64,000 bases of DNA from Bacteroidota bacterium (GTDB taxonomy: Bacteria > Bacteroidota > Bacteroidia > Cytophagales > Cytophagaceae). Location: assembly GCA_023428135.1 (NCBI GenBank), contig JAEYZG010000036.1, positions 20,505 through 84,504 of the forward strand. The letters run 5' to 3'. The notes below the pieces were generated by a model. The model saw nothing but the letters and a program-made list of their open reading frames with translations, ran no database searches and was not told the DNA's origin. This document shows, piece after piece, positions 51,588 to 61,012 of the stretch. Position 1 is the first letter of the stretch. Each line of letters starts with the position of its first letter. A program made the translations under genes and the position numbers.

Positions 51588-52274
51588 TTAGTATTTTTTA
51601 TTCTGACCAAGCAAGAAGCCAATACCAGCTGAGACAGCCCATTGACGGTTTTTTGCATCTAGCCTATAGATATCGTTGTTGATTTCATCAAATCCAAACC
51701 CATATCTACCGTCCACAGTGAAGAACACAGGACCGGCATTGATATCGACACCTGCACCTACCACTCCACCAAAATCATGCTTTTTAACCGCTGTTGTGCC
51801 ATATTCAATTGACTCACCAGTTTCTGTATCAGTAATAGTATATCTAGCTTTATTTCTGAATCCAAAAGACGGCCCTGCAAAAATATTAGGATAAACTGCT
51901 CCAAGAGGTAATCTTAGCTTTAACAGCACAGGAACTTGGATGTAATTGTTTTTAAGTCTGGTATTCGTACCACCAAATTCTCCTTTAGTACCCATTTGGT
52001 TATAAAGTACCTCTGGTTGAAGTGCGACCACCCGTGCAAGACCGATGTTTGCAAAAGCACCGGCAACAAATCCATTCCTTGAATCCTGATTACTTTTATC
52101 CTTAGACAATTGCGAGAAAGTCGCTCCTCCTTTAGGACCTAAAGAAAAAGTAACCTGCGCATCTGCATTTTGAAGACCCAGAAGTACCAGACCTGAAAAC
52201 ACAATTGACTTTACTACTCCTTTTAGATTTGAAAGTAATCCCCTTCTCTGTACTACCTTTTCCATTTTATTCAT
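51588..52274 (-). CDS. Porin/PorT family outer-membrane beta-barrel protein
   Basis: AQVTFSLGPKGG, LQPEVLY, YIQVPVLLK, AGP, DGRYGFG. Confidence 0.85.
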   Translation of the reverse strand: MNKMEKVVQRRGLLSNLKGVVKSIVFSGLVLLGLQNADAQVTFSLGPKGGATFSQLSKDKSNQDSRNGFVAGAFANIGLARVVALQPEVLYNQMGTKGEFGGTNTRLKNNYIQVPVLLKLRLPLGAVYPNIFAGPSFGFRNKARYTITDTETGESIEYGTTAVKKHDFGGVVGAGVDINAGPVFFTVDGRYGFGFDEINNDIYRLDAKNRQWAVSAGIGFLLGQNKKY

Positions 52275-53009
52275 TTCGATTAGTTAGTAAATCATTTATT
52301 AGACTAACAGGCAGAGAAAAAATATTGTTTAAAAGCTAAAAACTAAAAGGTGAAAGCTGAAAGAAATGAATTAAGTAATAAGGGGTTTAGCAGCATTAAG
52401 ATGAGACTTTTCAAATTCATTATTTCATTAAGACTGGTTAAAAAGTAATATACACACCAGGGCTTTTTAGTACTCATTTGTTATTGTTGATCACCATTGC
52501 TCAATAAATCTGATTTCTGCTTTATTCCTATTAAATATTTGACAGGTTCCTTCAGCCAACTTAACTCTGCTTTGCCATGACAGTCATGCTCAATATAAGT
52601 TATAAGCTTTGAAAAAATCCGGGATAGAAATGTTAGCTGAGTATTTTTCAGGACAGTTAACAATGGTATTAAATCCTTTGTATTTCTTCCTTATAAAATT
52701 GGGTTTACCCGAACAAATAAACATAAGATAAAAATATCAAAAAAATTATAAACATATTCAATCACAATAAAACATAATTAATTATTTTTCTTTTAAAAGT
52801 GATATTAAATTCGTCTCAGGCAAATTCATTTTACCACAATTATACTGGTAAACAAAATATTAACAGTAAAATAATTTCCAAAACAGAACAATAAATTATA
52901 ATTCATAATAGTATTTTTCATTACATTGAGCCATATTTTTACTTAAATGGTAATGTATTTCATTACTCCCTATTTCAGAATTTTTATTAAATCTTTAACC
53001 AATTAAACT

Positions 53010-55325
53010 ATGAAAAAAAAACACACTTTACTCCTATTTTTAATCTGCAGCATGTTTGCGTTTCACAGCAATGCCGCTAAGATAACAGTAACATCAGAAC
53101 TGGATTCTATACCAGGTTCTCTAAGGTTTGCTGTAGACCATGCGCAGTCTGGGGATACCATCATTTTCTCCACAGAATTAACAGGTGGTAAAATTACACT
53201 TACAAAAGGCGCTCTTATAATTAACAAACCTCTTGTTATTATTGGTCCAGGAGAATATAAGCTTAGCCTAAGCGGGAACGACCAATTTGCTTTATTTAAA
53301 ATAACCCCCAATGGAAATCTTGAACTTTCTGGTGTCACACTAACTGAAGGAAATAACAAACGTTTCGAAAGAGAGCCAGGCGGAGCAATTTATAATGAAG
53401 GCATACTTTCTGCCCGCAATATTATTATAACGAAAAACAGTGCCGGAGGCCTGTATAACCTTGGTACATTAACTCTTTCAAAATCCAAAATTACAAATAA
53501 TTATGCGATCGCTGATATGTATCCTGGAGGCGCTGGCACGATAACGAATTCAGGAACTGCTATTGTTAACGAATGTACTTTTGATAACAATAGAAGTCAC
53601 TTTTATTTCCTTTCGTACGACGGAACAGGTGGTATATCCAATTCAGGTACTATGAAGATATACAACACAACCATAAGCCGAAGTAACAATATCGCCATAG
53701 GTAATTCCGGCACAATAGATCTTATAAACAGTACTGTCAGTAATAACCTTGGTGGTGGAAAATTTGCAACTCCAGGAGGAATTTCTAATCAAGGTATATT
53801 GAATATGGAATATTGTACTATAGCCCATAATATATCAGGTCACGGGACAGGTAATTCAGGAAGCGGCATATTGAATGAACATGTTTTGAGTGTTAAGGGC
53901 TGTATTATCGCTCAAAACGGCCCTCAATGGAATTATGAGTTAATGAAAAGATTTATTAAAGACAATGATGGATATCACTATTCATATGATGGAACTGCAC
54001 GCCTGGACATAGAAAGTTTTCCCCCTGCCCAAATTATAGATCTGGGGTATAACTTTATTGGCATTGACGACAATCAAAATTTTACTGCTGCTACTAATAA
54101 GGTAGGAAACAGAATTTTCCCTTTAGATCCGATTATAGGCCCCTTAAAAAACTATGGCGGATCAACAGAGACTCACGTCCTTTTAGAAGGTAGCCCATGC
54201 ATTAACGGAGGATTTAACTCGGGTGCTGTATCCTTTGACCAGCGTGGAGTTCAAAGAACCCGTCCGGATATCGGAGCTTATGAATTTATAAACCTTCCTG
54301 CAATCTCCATTACTAATCCATTAAATGGGACTACGTTTACAACACAATCAGACATACTTATAAAGGCTGAATTTATTGAAGAAGATCCCCTTCTTATAAT
54401 CAACAACACCTCAGGATACAAAAAGCTTAAAATAGGATTTGACTCTACAGGCCTCTATCAAGGCAGCCGAAATGTTCTTGCAGGAGGAAATACGAAACTT
54501 GAAATCACTCTCAAGGATTTTAACGGCAATACAGAATGGAACAAGCTGCAAATACGCCCTAACGGTAATGGCATCAATCAAATACCACTTTCAAAATACA
54601 TCCCGATCGGAGGTATAGGAAATGAATTTACTACCATCTCTATGCCTTTATCAGATTTTAAAGGGATCGATTTCACCAAACTTACCTTGCTTGAGCTTCC
54701 ATACAGTAATAATGCAAAGCCTTATAAAATCGGAATAAAAAAGATTGAATTTACAGGAGGGACAACTCCATTCTTATGGTTCGGAGACTCTCAAATTAAC
54801 AATACTTTTACTGGAACTGGTACCGGAGGTGATCTTTATGCATACCTCTTACCCGCTGCTTCCCCTGACTATATCAGCAAAGTAGAATTTTACAAGGGAA
54901 CAGATAAATTAGGAGAAGACTATTCTGCTCCTTATTCAATCCCTTGGGCAGATCCAGAAGAAGGAGAATATAGCCTAACTGCTATAGCATTCTCTGATTT
55001 TGGTGATACGATTTCATCCATTCCTGTTCATATAAAAGTTGAAGAGCAATCTTATGTAACTAACAGCCGCTCAGGAATCTCAATCAATTCAGGTTTTTCA
55101 TTTTATCCTAACCCTGTTTCCGGGAAAATTACACTCTCTTCCGAGTACAATAATGCTGAGATTATGATCACTGATATGAATGGTATTATTTCATACCAGG
55201 GGAATTATGAACACATTGATGGAAGGGAAATCGACCTTTCATCTTTAAGTCCGGGTGTTTATTTTTTAAAAATCGAGGATCAGAAAAAACAGATCAATAA
55301 AGTTATGAAACTTATAAAAATATAG
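53010..55325 (+). CDS. T9SS-secreted protein: beta-helix/choice-of-anchor Q region, Ig-like domain with CBM-like insert, CTD
   Basis: GSLRFAV, GGAIYN repeats, GPLKNYGGSTETH...DQRG...DIGAYE, SKVEFY, FYPNPV...LSPGVYFLKI. Confidence 0.85.
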   Translation: MKKKHTLLLFLICSMFAFHSNAAKITVTSELDSIPGSLRFAVDHAQSGDTIIFSTELTGGKITLTKGALIINKPLVIIGPGEYKLSLSGNDQFALFKITPNGNLELSGVTLTEGNNKRFEREPGGAIYNEGILSARNIIITKNSAGGLYNLGTLTLSKSKITNNYAIADMYPGGAGTITNSGTAIVNECTFDNNRSHFYFLSYDGTGGISNSGTMKIYNTTISRSNNIAIGNSGTIDLINSTVSNNLGGGKFATPGGISNQGILNMEYCTIAHNISGHGTGNSGSGILNEHVLSVKGCIIAQNGPQWNYELMKRFIKDNDGYHYSYDGTARLDIESFPPAQIIDLGYNFIGIDDNQNFTAATNKVGNRIFPLDPIIGPLKNYGGSTETHVLLEGSPCINGGFNSGAVSFDQRGVQRTRPDIGAYEFINLPAISITNPLNGTTFTTQSDILIKAEFIEEDPLLIINNTSGYKKLKIGFDSTGLYQGSRNVLAGGNTKLEITLKDFNGNTEWNKLQIRPNGNGINQIPLSKYIPIGGIGNEFTTISMPLSDFKGIDFTKLTLLELPYSNNAKPYKIGIKKIEFTGGTTPFLWFGDSQINNTFTGTGTGGDLYAYLLPAASPDYISKVEFYKGTDKLGEDYSAPYSIPWADPEEGEYSLTAIAFSDFGDTISSIPVHIKVEEQSYVTNSRSGISINSGFSFYPNPVSGKITLSSEYNNAEIMITDMNGIISYQGNYEHIDGREIDLSSLSPGVYFLKIEDQKKQINKVMKLIKI

Positions 55326-55335
55326 TGCTAAATTC

Positions 55336-55377
55336 GGGAAGTAAGGAGTTGCGATATGCAACTCTTACTTCCCTTTT
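55336..55377 (+). terminator. Rho-independent terminator after the T9SS gene
   Basis: GGGAAGTAAGGAGTTGC-GATAT-GCAACTCTTACTTCCC-TTTT. Confidence 0.8.
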
Positions 55378-55384
55378 ATTCTTT

Positions 55385-55978
55385 ATGTATACACATTCAG
55401 ATATTACTCCGATCATCAATGCTATCAGCGAAAGCTACTCCCCCCTCTCCGAACCTTGTAAAACGGACATTCAGAATAAGTCAAAAATTTTAATACTGGA
55501 AAAACCTGTTGTTATTGTTAAAGAAGGACAATATGCAGACAAGGCTTATTTCCTGATAAAAGGAGGTGCAAGAGCTTTTTACCTAAAGGATGGAAAGGAC
55601 ATTTCTGACTGGTTTGCTTTTGAAGGTGATTTTATATGTTCCATCAACAGTTTCTTTTTAAATATTCCCAGTCCTCATGCAATAGAAACCCTTGAGTCTG
55701 CTGTGTTGCTGGAACTTTCAAGAGAACATATTCAATCCTTATCTGATCAATACCATGACTTTGAAAAGCTCCTCAATAAAGTAGTTGTTAAAACTTTACT
55801 CCAATTGCAGCAGCGTGTTGCATCCATTCAGTTTGAAACAGCACATCAAAAGTTTGAGAACCTATTAAAAATCACTCCGGACATCACACAAAGGGTACCG
55901 CTTACTCATATAGCCTCTTATCTTGGTATTACATTGGAGACATTAAGCAGGATCCGGAATCCTAAAAACCGAATTTGA
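55385..55978 (+). CDS. Crp/Fnr family transcriptional regulator
   Basis: cNMP-binding-like domain and the HTH VPLTHIASYLGITLETLSRIR. ATG at 55385; the ORF-track start at 55325 lies across the upstream terminator. Confidence 0.9.
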   Translation: MYTHSDITPIINAISESYSPLSEPCKTDIQNKSKILILEKPVVIVKEGQYADKAYFLIKGGARAFYLKDGKDISDWFAFEGDFICSINSFFLNIPSPHAIETLESAVLLELSREHIQSLSDQYHDFEKLLNKVVVKTLLQLQQRVASIQFETAHQKFENLLKITPDITQRVPLTHIASYLGITLETLSRIRNPKNRI

Positions 55979-55990
55979 TTTATATCAAAT
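55973..55990. promoter_or_regulatory. Crp/Fnr-type operator ATTTGAT-N4-ATCAAAT
   Basis: Perfect TTGAT-N4-ATCAA overlapping the regulator's stop codon, upstream of a degenerate -7 box GACCTTTG (56011-56018). Confidence 0.75.
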
Positions 55991-56036
55991 GAATATCAGA
56001 AAAGTAATTTGACCTTTGATGAAAATTAACATTGAG

Positions 56037-56648
56037 ATGAAAAAAGGACATTACTTTTCCGGAATATTTATAGCCGTCTTTGTTACCATACATTTACTGA
56101 ACCACCTGATCAGCCTGGAAGGCGTGCGAGAACACATAGAATTGATGGAAAAGTTGAGGCTTTATTACCGAAATATTTTCGTTGAATTTATCCTGTTGGG
56201 AGCTATTACATTTCAGATCGTTTCCGGATTACATCTTTTTCGGACAAAAATAAAAACAGCCGATTCTTCATTTGAAAAGCTTCAGATCTGGTCAGGACTT
56301 TACCTCGCGGTATTCTTCTTTTTCCATATTACTGCTATTATCATAGGCAGATATCTTCTTCATCTTGATACAAATTTTTACTTCGGAGCAGCAGGTATCA
56401 ATACCTTTCCATTTAATTTATTCTTTCTGCCTTATTATGCACTCGCAATACTTTCATTTTTTGGACATATTGCTGCAACACACAGTAAAAGGATGAAAAG
56501 GAATTTGCTGGGCCTTGATCCAAATAGCCAGGCTCAGATAATAATTGGAACAGGATTGCTGGTTACTGTTCTGATTTTTTTCGGAATGACTAATTACTTT
56601 AAAGGTATTAGAATTCCAGAGGCTTATGGGGTTCTTATCGGGGAATAA
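56037..56648 (+). CDS. Hypothetical integral membrane protein with intramembrane His residues (cytochrome b-like)
   Basis: About five TM helices with His in IHLLNH, FFHI and GHI. ATG at 56037 is preferred because it lies downstream of the -7 box. Confidence 0.65.
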   Translation: MKKGHYFSGIFIAVFVTIHLLNHLISLEGVREHIELMEKLRLYYRNIFVEFILLGAITFQIVSGLHLFRTKIKTADSSFEKLQIWSGLYLAVFFFFHITAIIIGRYLLHLDTNFYFGAAGINTFPFNLFFLPYYALAILSFFGHIAATHSKRMKRNLLGLDPNSQAQIIIGTGLLVTVLIFFGMTNYFKGIRIPEAYGVLIGE

Positions 56649-56714
56649 CTTACTACATTTAAAAAATGATCATTTTTCAATTAAACCCGATTGTTCACAT
56701 AAAGAATAAATAGC

Positions 56715-57065
56715 TCATTTTTTCTTCTTTTTTGATGACTTTGCCCTGATATTAAATTCCAGGCACAGCTCAATCCAGTGCTCAAGATCTATTTTCTTCT
56801 GGATGCCGTCTGGACTAACATAGCAATATCCCTTAATTTCTTTACCTCTCATAACCATTGGTAAAAAGCCGACTTTCTTTTCAATTTCTTGTTGTTTTTC
56901 AGGGTCATACCGGCACATCAGGTTTGCACCACTTACATTTACACACATCTTATCATTGACCATGAATGCCAGTCCTCTGAACATTTTCTTTTCTTCTATT
57001 TTTAACCCTGGTATTTCAGACAGATAATTCCTTACTCTGTCTGCGAGCTTTAGATCAAATGACAT
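56715..57065 (-). CDS. TfoX/Sxy N-terminal domain protein
   Basis: EEKKMFRGLAFMVNDKMCV, PMVMRGKEIKGY, WIELCLEFN. Confidence 0.85.
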   Translation of the reverse strand: MSFDLKLADRVRNYLSEIPGLKIEEKKMFRGLAFMVNDKMCVNVSGANLMCRYDPEKQQEIEKKVGFLPMVMRGKEIKGYCYVSPDGIQKKIDLEHWIELCLEFNIRAKSSKKKKK

Positions 57066-57118
57066 ATTGCATGCTATTTATTTGATTAAAAACAGAAGTC
57101 TACTTTAGATAGATAATG

Positions 57119-57775
57119 TTAAAATTTTCCATTTGTAAATACTCCAGGTATTGAATACTTCTGTTTTAATGATTCACTTACCTCTACGATGTTTTCATGT
57201 ATCACACAAAAATTTTCTTTATTCTGATCAAGATTATCTTTTTGTTCTTTTACAAAATCTGTGATATCAGTAACAGATTTTATAAAACTATTATTAAATT
57301 TTTCAAGTACAGTTCCTTTGATGCCAATCTGCACAGCCCTGCGCTTAAGTTTATCTCCGGTGGGACCATGATCAGGATCCCATTGAATTCTCACTTCACT
57401 ATTATTTAACAGAGCCCTCCATTCTTGCTCATTACCAAATCGACCATCATAACTTGTCAGAATGCCAAGCTCCAGCAATTCTGAGAATCCACTCATCGAT
57501 ATTTCAATTGCTAATATTCTGTTTTGATTTTCCTTTTCAGCCCAACCACTTCGGTACATCATCCAGAGAAAATTCGGTTTAATCCAGGTCATTCTTGAAA
57601 AGCTGTAATCTGACCCACCGAACTTCTGATTGGCTATTGCATAATCTGCGATCTTATCATTAAACGCCTGATATACGATAATGGAAGAATCTCTTACTTG
57701 TCCAAGTATGTAATTACCTTCCTGAGGAAGGTCTTTTTCGTAACTGGTATATGGAATTGTATTAAACTTCATCAT
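57119..57775 (-). CDS. DUF4291 family protein
   Basis: IVYQAF, RMTWIKPNFLWMMYRSGW, VRIQWDPD, RRAVQIG; ATG at 57775. Confidence 0.85.
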   Translation of the reverse strand: MMKFNTIPYTSYEKDLPQEGNYILGQVRDSSIIVYQAFNDKIADYAIANQKFGGSDYSFSRMTWIKPNFLWMMYRSGWAEKENQNRILAIEISMSGFSELLELGILTSYDGRFGNEQEWRALLNNSEVRIQWDPDHGPTGDKLKRRAVQIGIKGTVLEKFNNSFIKSVTDITDFVKEQKDNLDQNKENFCVIHENIVEVSESLKQKYSIPGVFTNGKF

Positions 57776-57922
57776 AATTGTATTACATTTTACCCTTTTA
57801 GCACTTTTCAAGGTCGATTTCAAAATTTCTCTAATCCACCTGAAATTATCAAAAAAGCCTTACTATGAAAAAACTTGTCAACTGAAATTCCCGTTCCAGT
57901 AAAAGTTCTCAGGCATACCAAG

Positions 57923-58549
57923 ATGACAGCATCAGAAAGAAAAAAACATACAGAGGATTTCCTTAGAAGTCATGGGATTCCTGTTTTTGATAATTTACCG
58001 CCTTTAGAAGAAGAAATTGATATCCCCCTGAGAATACCTCAGGAAATTGCAGAACGCATCCTGATTCTCTCCTATTTGAATTGTATGGCCTTTGATCCTG
58101 AGCTGAGAAATAGGATAACTGGCTTTCTGAAAGAAGAAGGGCTTTGGGATAAGATATCTCCAAAGGAAAAATTACTCTTAGAAAAGACTGAATTTAATGA
58201 TAATGATATAACAATCATAGCCTGGCGTGCAGAATCAATATGGATGTTGCTGTGGTCTATAAATAAATCCAATCAAGTGAATTTTCCACCTGAGGAAGTA
58301 AATTTCCACGCGATATTTGAGCACCTTCCTCCATTTATGAATAGTACCGAAGAATTTGTAACCTCTGCAACTCTCAGGAGTGCGACAGAAATACTTGACC
58401 AGGCAGACCTGCTTTTCAGACTTAACTGGACATACTACCAGGCTCAAACTAATAATTTAATTATACCTGAACTTAATCAGGGTATTGTATTTGAAAGATA
58501 TTTTGCGATCAACTGGGTAACAAACGTTCGTAGCACATGGGATGAATAG
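57923..58549 (+). CDS. DUF4272 family protein
   Basis: WRAESIWMLLW, ILDQADLLFRLNW, VFERYFAINW; ATG at 57923 preferred. Confidence 0.8.
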   Translation: MTASERKKHTEDFLRSHGIPVFDNLPPLEEEIDIPLRIPQEIAERILILSYLNCMAFDPELRNRITGFLKEEGLWDKISPKEKLLLEKTEFNDNDITIIAWRAESIWMLLWSINKSNQVNFPPEEVNFHAIFEHLPPFMNSTEEFVTSATLRSATEILDQADLLFRLNWTYYQAQTNNLIIPELNQGIVFERYFAINWVTNVRSTWDE

Positions 58550-58695
58550 CAGTATAGCTTTCCTTATTCCATTGAATTTGTAGTTGCAAGGGAAGAATGG
58601 TATTAAAACTCGTGAAGATTTGGTATCCATTAAGTGAACTGAACAAAGGAGTTAAAATTTAAAAGAACATGAAGCTTTTTTGCATAGCGATTAAC

Positions 58696-58722
58696 AAAAA
58701 AGCCGGATAACCTCCGGCTTTT
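58696..58722. terminator. Terminator between DUF4272 and the T9SS repeat protein
   Basis: AAAAAAGCCGGA-TAACC-TCCGGCTTTT. Confidence 0.75.
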
Positions 58723-58763
58723 GATTTTTCAGATAATAGCACTTCAACATTTATAAGGTTTTC

Positions 58764-60707
58764 TTATTTTTTGATGATCTTGATTGCATCTACTCTATCC
58801 TCTGAAACAATTTTCAGAATGTATACACCCGGCTTAATGGTTGATAAATCATAGCTATTTTTCAAATCACCATGTTCATTCAGTAAAACATTTCCGTGGA
58901 AATCACACAAACTTAAATTGCCCTTTTGAACTTTATAATCCTGAATATTTAAAACATTTTCTACAGGAATCGGGAAGACCGTCAAGGCTCTTTCATCATT
59001 TATATCAGGAATGGACAGAACTTCCAGTTTTCCAGTTAGGCTAAGGATGAAATTAGAATTATAATTCCCCCCATTAGGATCATAAACTCTGATAAAATAT
59101 GTTTGATGTATTGTCAGATTATCACTTTGCCAAATTTCCTCCCCACCTTCACCATTATTATCAACGCAGGCAATATTATTACCAGCACAATCGGAAACGA
59201 TATTTAAAACCAGATCATTTCCATCCAAAGGGTTTAATTTTATTGTTGCAGCTTTTGAAGCAGCAGTAAATTTATACCAGACATCATTGGCTTCTCCAGA
59301 TCCGTTACAAGGTCCCTTAGATTGAGATGCATTTTCAAGTGAACCTGTAATACTGTTTACGTCTTCAGTAACAGGAATGACAATTGCAAATGCACAATCG
59401 TCGTTTGAAATTGCAACTGGCCCTGAAGTTCTCGCAATTTGGAAGCCCGCTGTCACCGATGCCACATTTTCAGTTGTAAATACCCGGATTAAATACTCTC
59501 TACCTGGAGTAAGATTATTTAATGATAGGTTTTCAACTTTATTTCTTCCTCCCGCATTAACACATCCGATAACCTGACCATTACAAGCATCAAAGGCTTG
59601 TATTACCCCATCAAAATAAGGTGTTGGAAAAAGGCTAAACGCTTCCTGAGCTGAACTTGCAGTAAATTTATACCAGACATCGTCATCCGGAGTACCTGAG
59701 CAAGGAGCTGCATAACCTGATGATGCAGTAGCAGCATCTACTGTCCCGCTTAATGTGTCATTTCCAATAATTTCAATGGCTCCGCTGCATTCATCGTTTG
59801 AAGGAGCAGGAGGATTATATACGCAAAGCTGAAATGTCTGGCTTTTGGATAAAGGTTGATAATAGTTGAAAACCCTGAAATAATATGTCTGGTCTGGATT
59901 TAAATCATGAAAGGCAAGTTTAATAGCCATATTATGTTTAAGCGTTGTGGTACAACCTATGGCTTTTCCACCACATCCATCAAATACCTCCATAACTGCC
60001 CGATAATTATGTGAAGCATGGGCGTTAATAATGACATTGGAGCTCTTAGGAACGAATGAATACCAGATGTCATCATTATCTGCAGCTCCATTTGCGCAAC
60101 TAGGAGTAAGGCCAGATCCATTAGCACCTTCCTGGCTTTCTGTTTTATTCATACAATAATCAGTTACTGTTACCGGTTTAGCCTGAGCACAATTATCATT
60201 TGATGGTGGAATGGCCGTATAAACCCTTATTTGAAAGTCTGTAGTTGCCGGCATGCCGTTACCTATATCATAGACCCTCACATAGTAAGTGTTTCCAGGG
60301 ATATAATAATTTAGGGGAAGTTTCTCTACTTTCCCTATTTTCCCTTCACTGGCACAATCCATAGATGTCAGACTTGAACATTCACCTGAAAAAACCTCCA
60401 GAACTGCGTTGAATTGTTCAGATCCTTGGGCTGCTATAATAAGGTATGGTGAGGTTGCCTGAAATTTATACCATACATCATCATCTGAATTTCCTCCCGC
60501 TTGTCCAGCGGTAGCAGCGCAACCTGCCATAGACCTGGTTGCGCCCTGAACATTCCCGCTTACATAAGGGGCATCAACGGTAAGATCAATTGCACCTGAA
60601 CAGTTATCATTTATTGGTGCCTGAGCCTTACTATCAGTCAAAAACAAAAAAAATAAAACAGTAGAAATTAAAACAAACAAGTATTTACAATTGTAACATT
60701 TCTTCAT
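58764..60707 (-). CDS. T9SS-secreted protein with four Cys-containing repeat domains
   Basis: Four NDxC...DVWYxF...YxxRV repeats; CTD VFPIPV...KPGVYILKI...KIIKK. Confidence 0.85.
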   Translation of the reverse strand: MKKCYNCKYLFVLISTVLFFLFLTDSKAQAPINDNCSGAIDLTVDAPYVSGNVQGATRSMAGCAATAGQAGGNSDDDVWYKFQATSPYLIIAAQGSEQFNAVLEVFSGECSSLTSMDCASEGKIGKVEKLPLNYYIPGNTYYVRVYDIGNGMPATTDFQIRVYTAIPPSNDNCAQAKPVTVTDYCMNKTESQEGANGSGLTPSCANGAADNDDIWYSFVPKSSNVIINAHASHNYRAVMEVFDGCGGKAIGCTTTLKHNMAIKLAFHDLNPDQTYYFRVFNYYQPLSKSQTFQLCVYNPPAPSNDECSGAIEIIGNDTLSGTVDAATASSGYAAPCSGTPDDDVWYKFTASSAQEAFSLFPTPYFDGVIQAFDACNGQVIGCVNAGGRNKVENLSLNNLTPGREYLIRVFTTENVASVTAGFQIARTSGPVAISNDDCAFAIVIPVTEDVNSITGSLENASQSKGPCNGSGEANDVWYKFTAASKAATIKLNPLDGNDLVLNIVSDCAGNNIACVDNNGEGGEEIWQSDNLTIHQTYFIRVYDPNGGNYNSNFILSLTGKLEVLSIPDINDERALTVFPIPVENVLNIQDYKVQKGNLSLCDFHGNVLLNEHGDLKNSYDLSTIKPGVYILKIVSEDRVDAIKIIKK

Positions 60708-60898
60708 GACCTTTTTTTATTTAAGTACAAAATGTGCTTAAATAACCTAAGGCTAAATACAATGTTTTTTTAGTAATCTATTGATTTGACTTTTCTGTAT
60801 GACAAAATCTGATTGGGAAAAAGTGGTAAATCTTGGTTATAAAAAATCAAGTGTACATTTTAAATCAGACTTTCAAATAGTTCTACTTGTATATCAAA

Positions 60899-60935
60899 TA
60901 AAAAAAAGCCCGAAGTATTAATTTCCTCCGGGCTT
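60899..60935 (-). terminator. Terminator downstream of desaturase 2
   Basis: AAGCCCG...CGGGCTT stem with a long A-tract on the plus strand. Confidence 0.65.
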
Positions 60936-61012
60936 AAAACTTATTTTATTTCTAATAATTTTCTAATTTCCTGTAATTGTCCTTATCAAGATAAATTACC
61001 GCAATGTCATCC

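Noticed and set aside
52481..52663. 60-aa TTG-started minus-strand ORF
   Set aside because: No recognisable motif, weak start and no supporting signals; cannot be supported, though not excluded
55325..55384. ORF-track N-terminal extension of the Crp/Fnr regulator
   Set aside because: Coincides with the upstream gene's terminator hairpin
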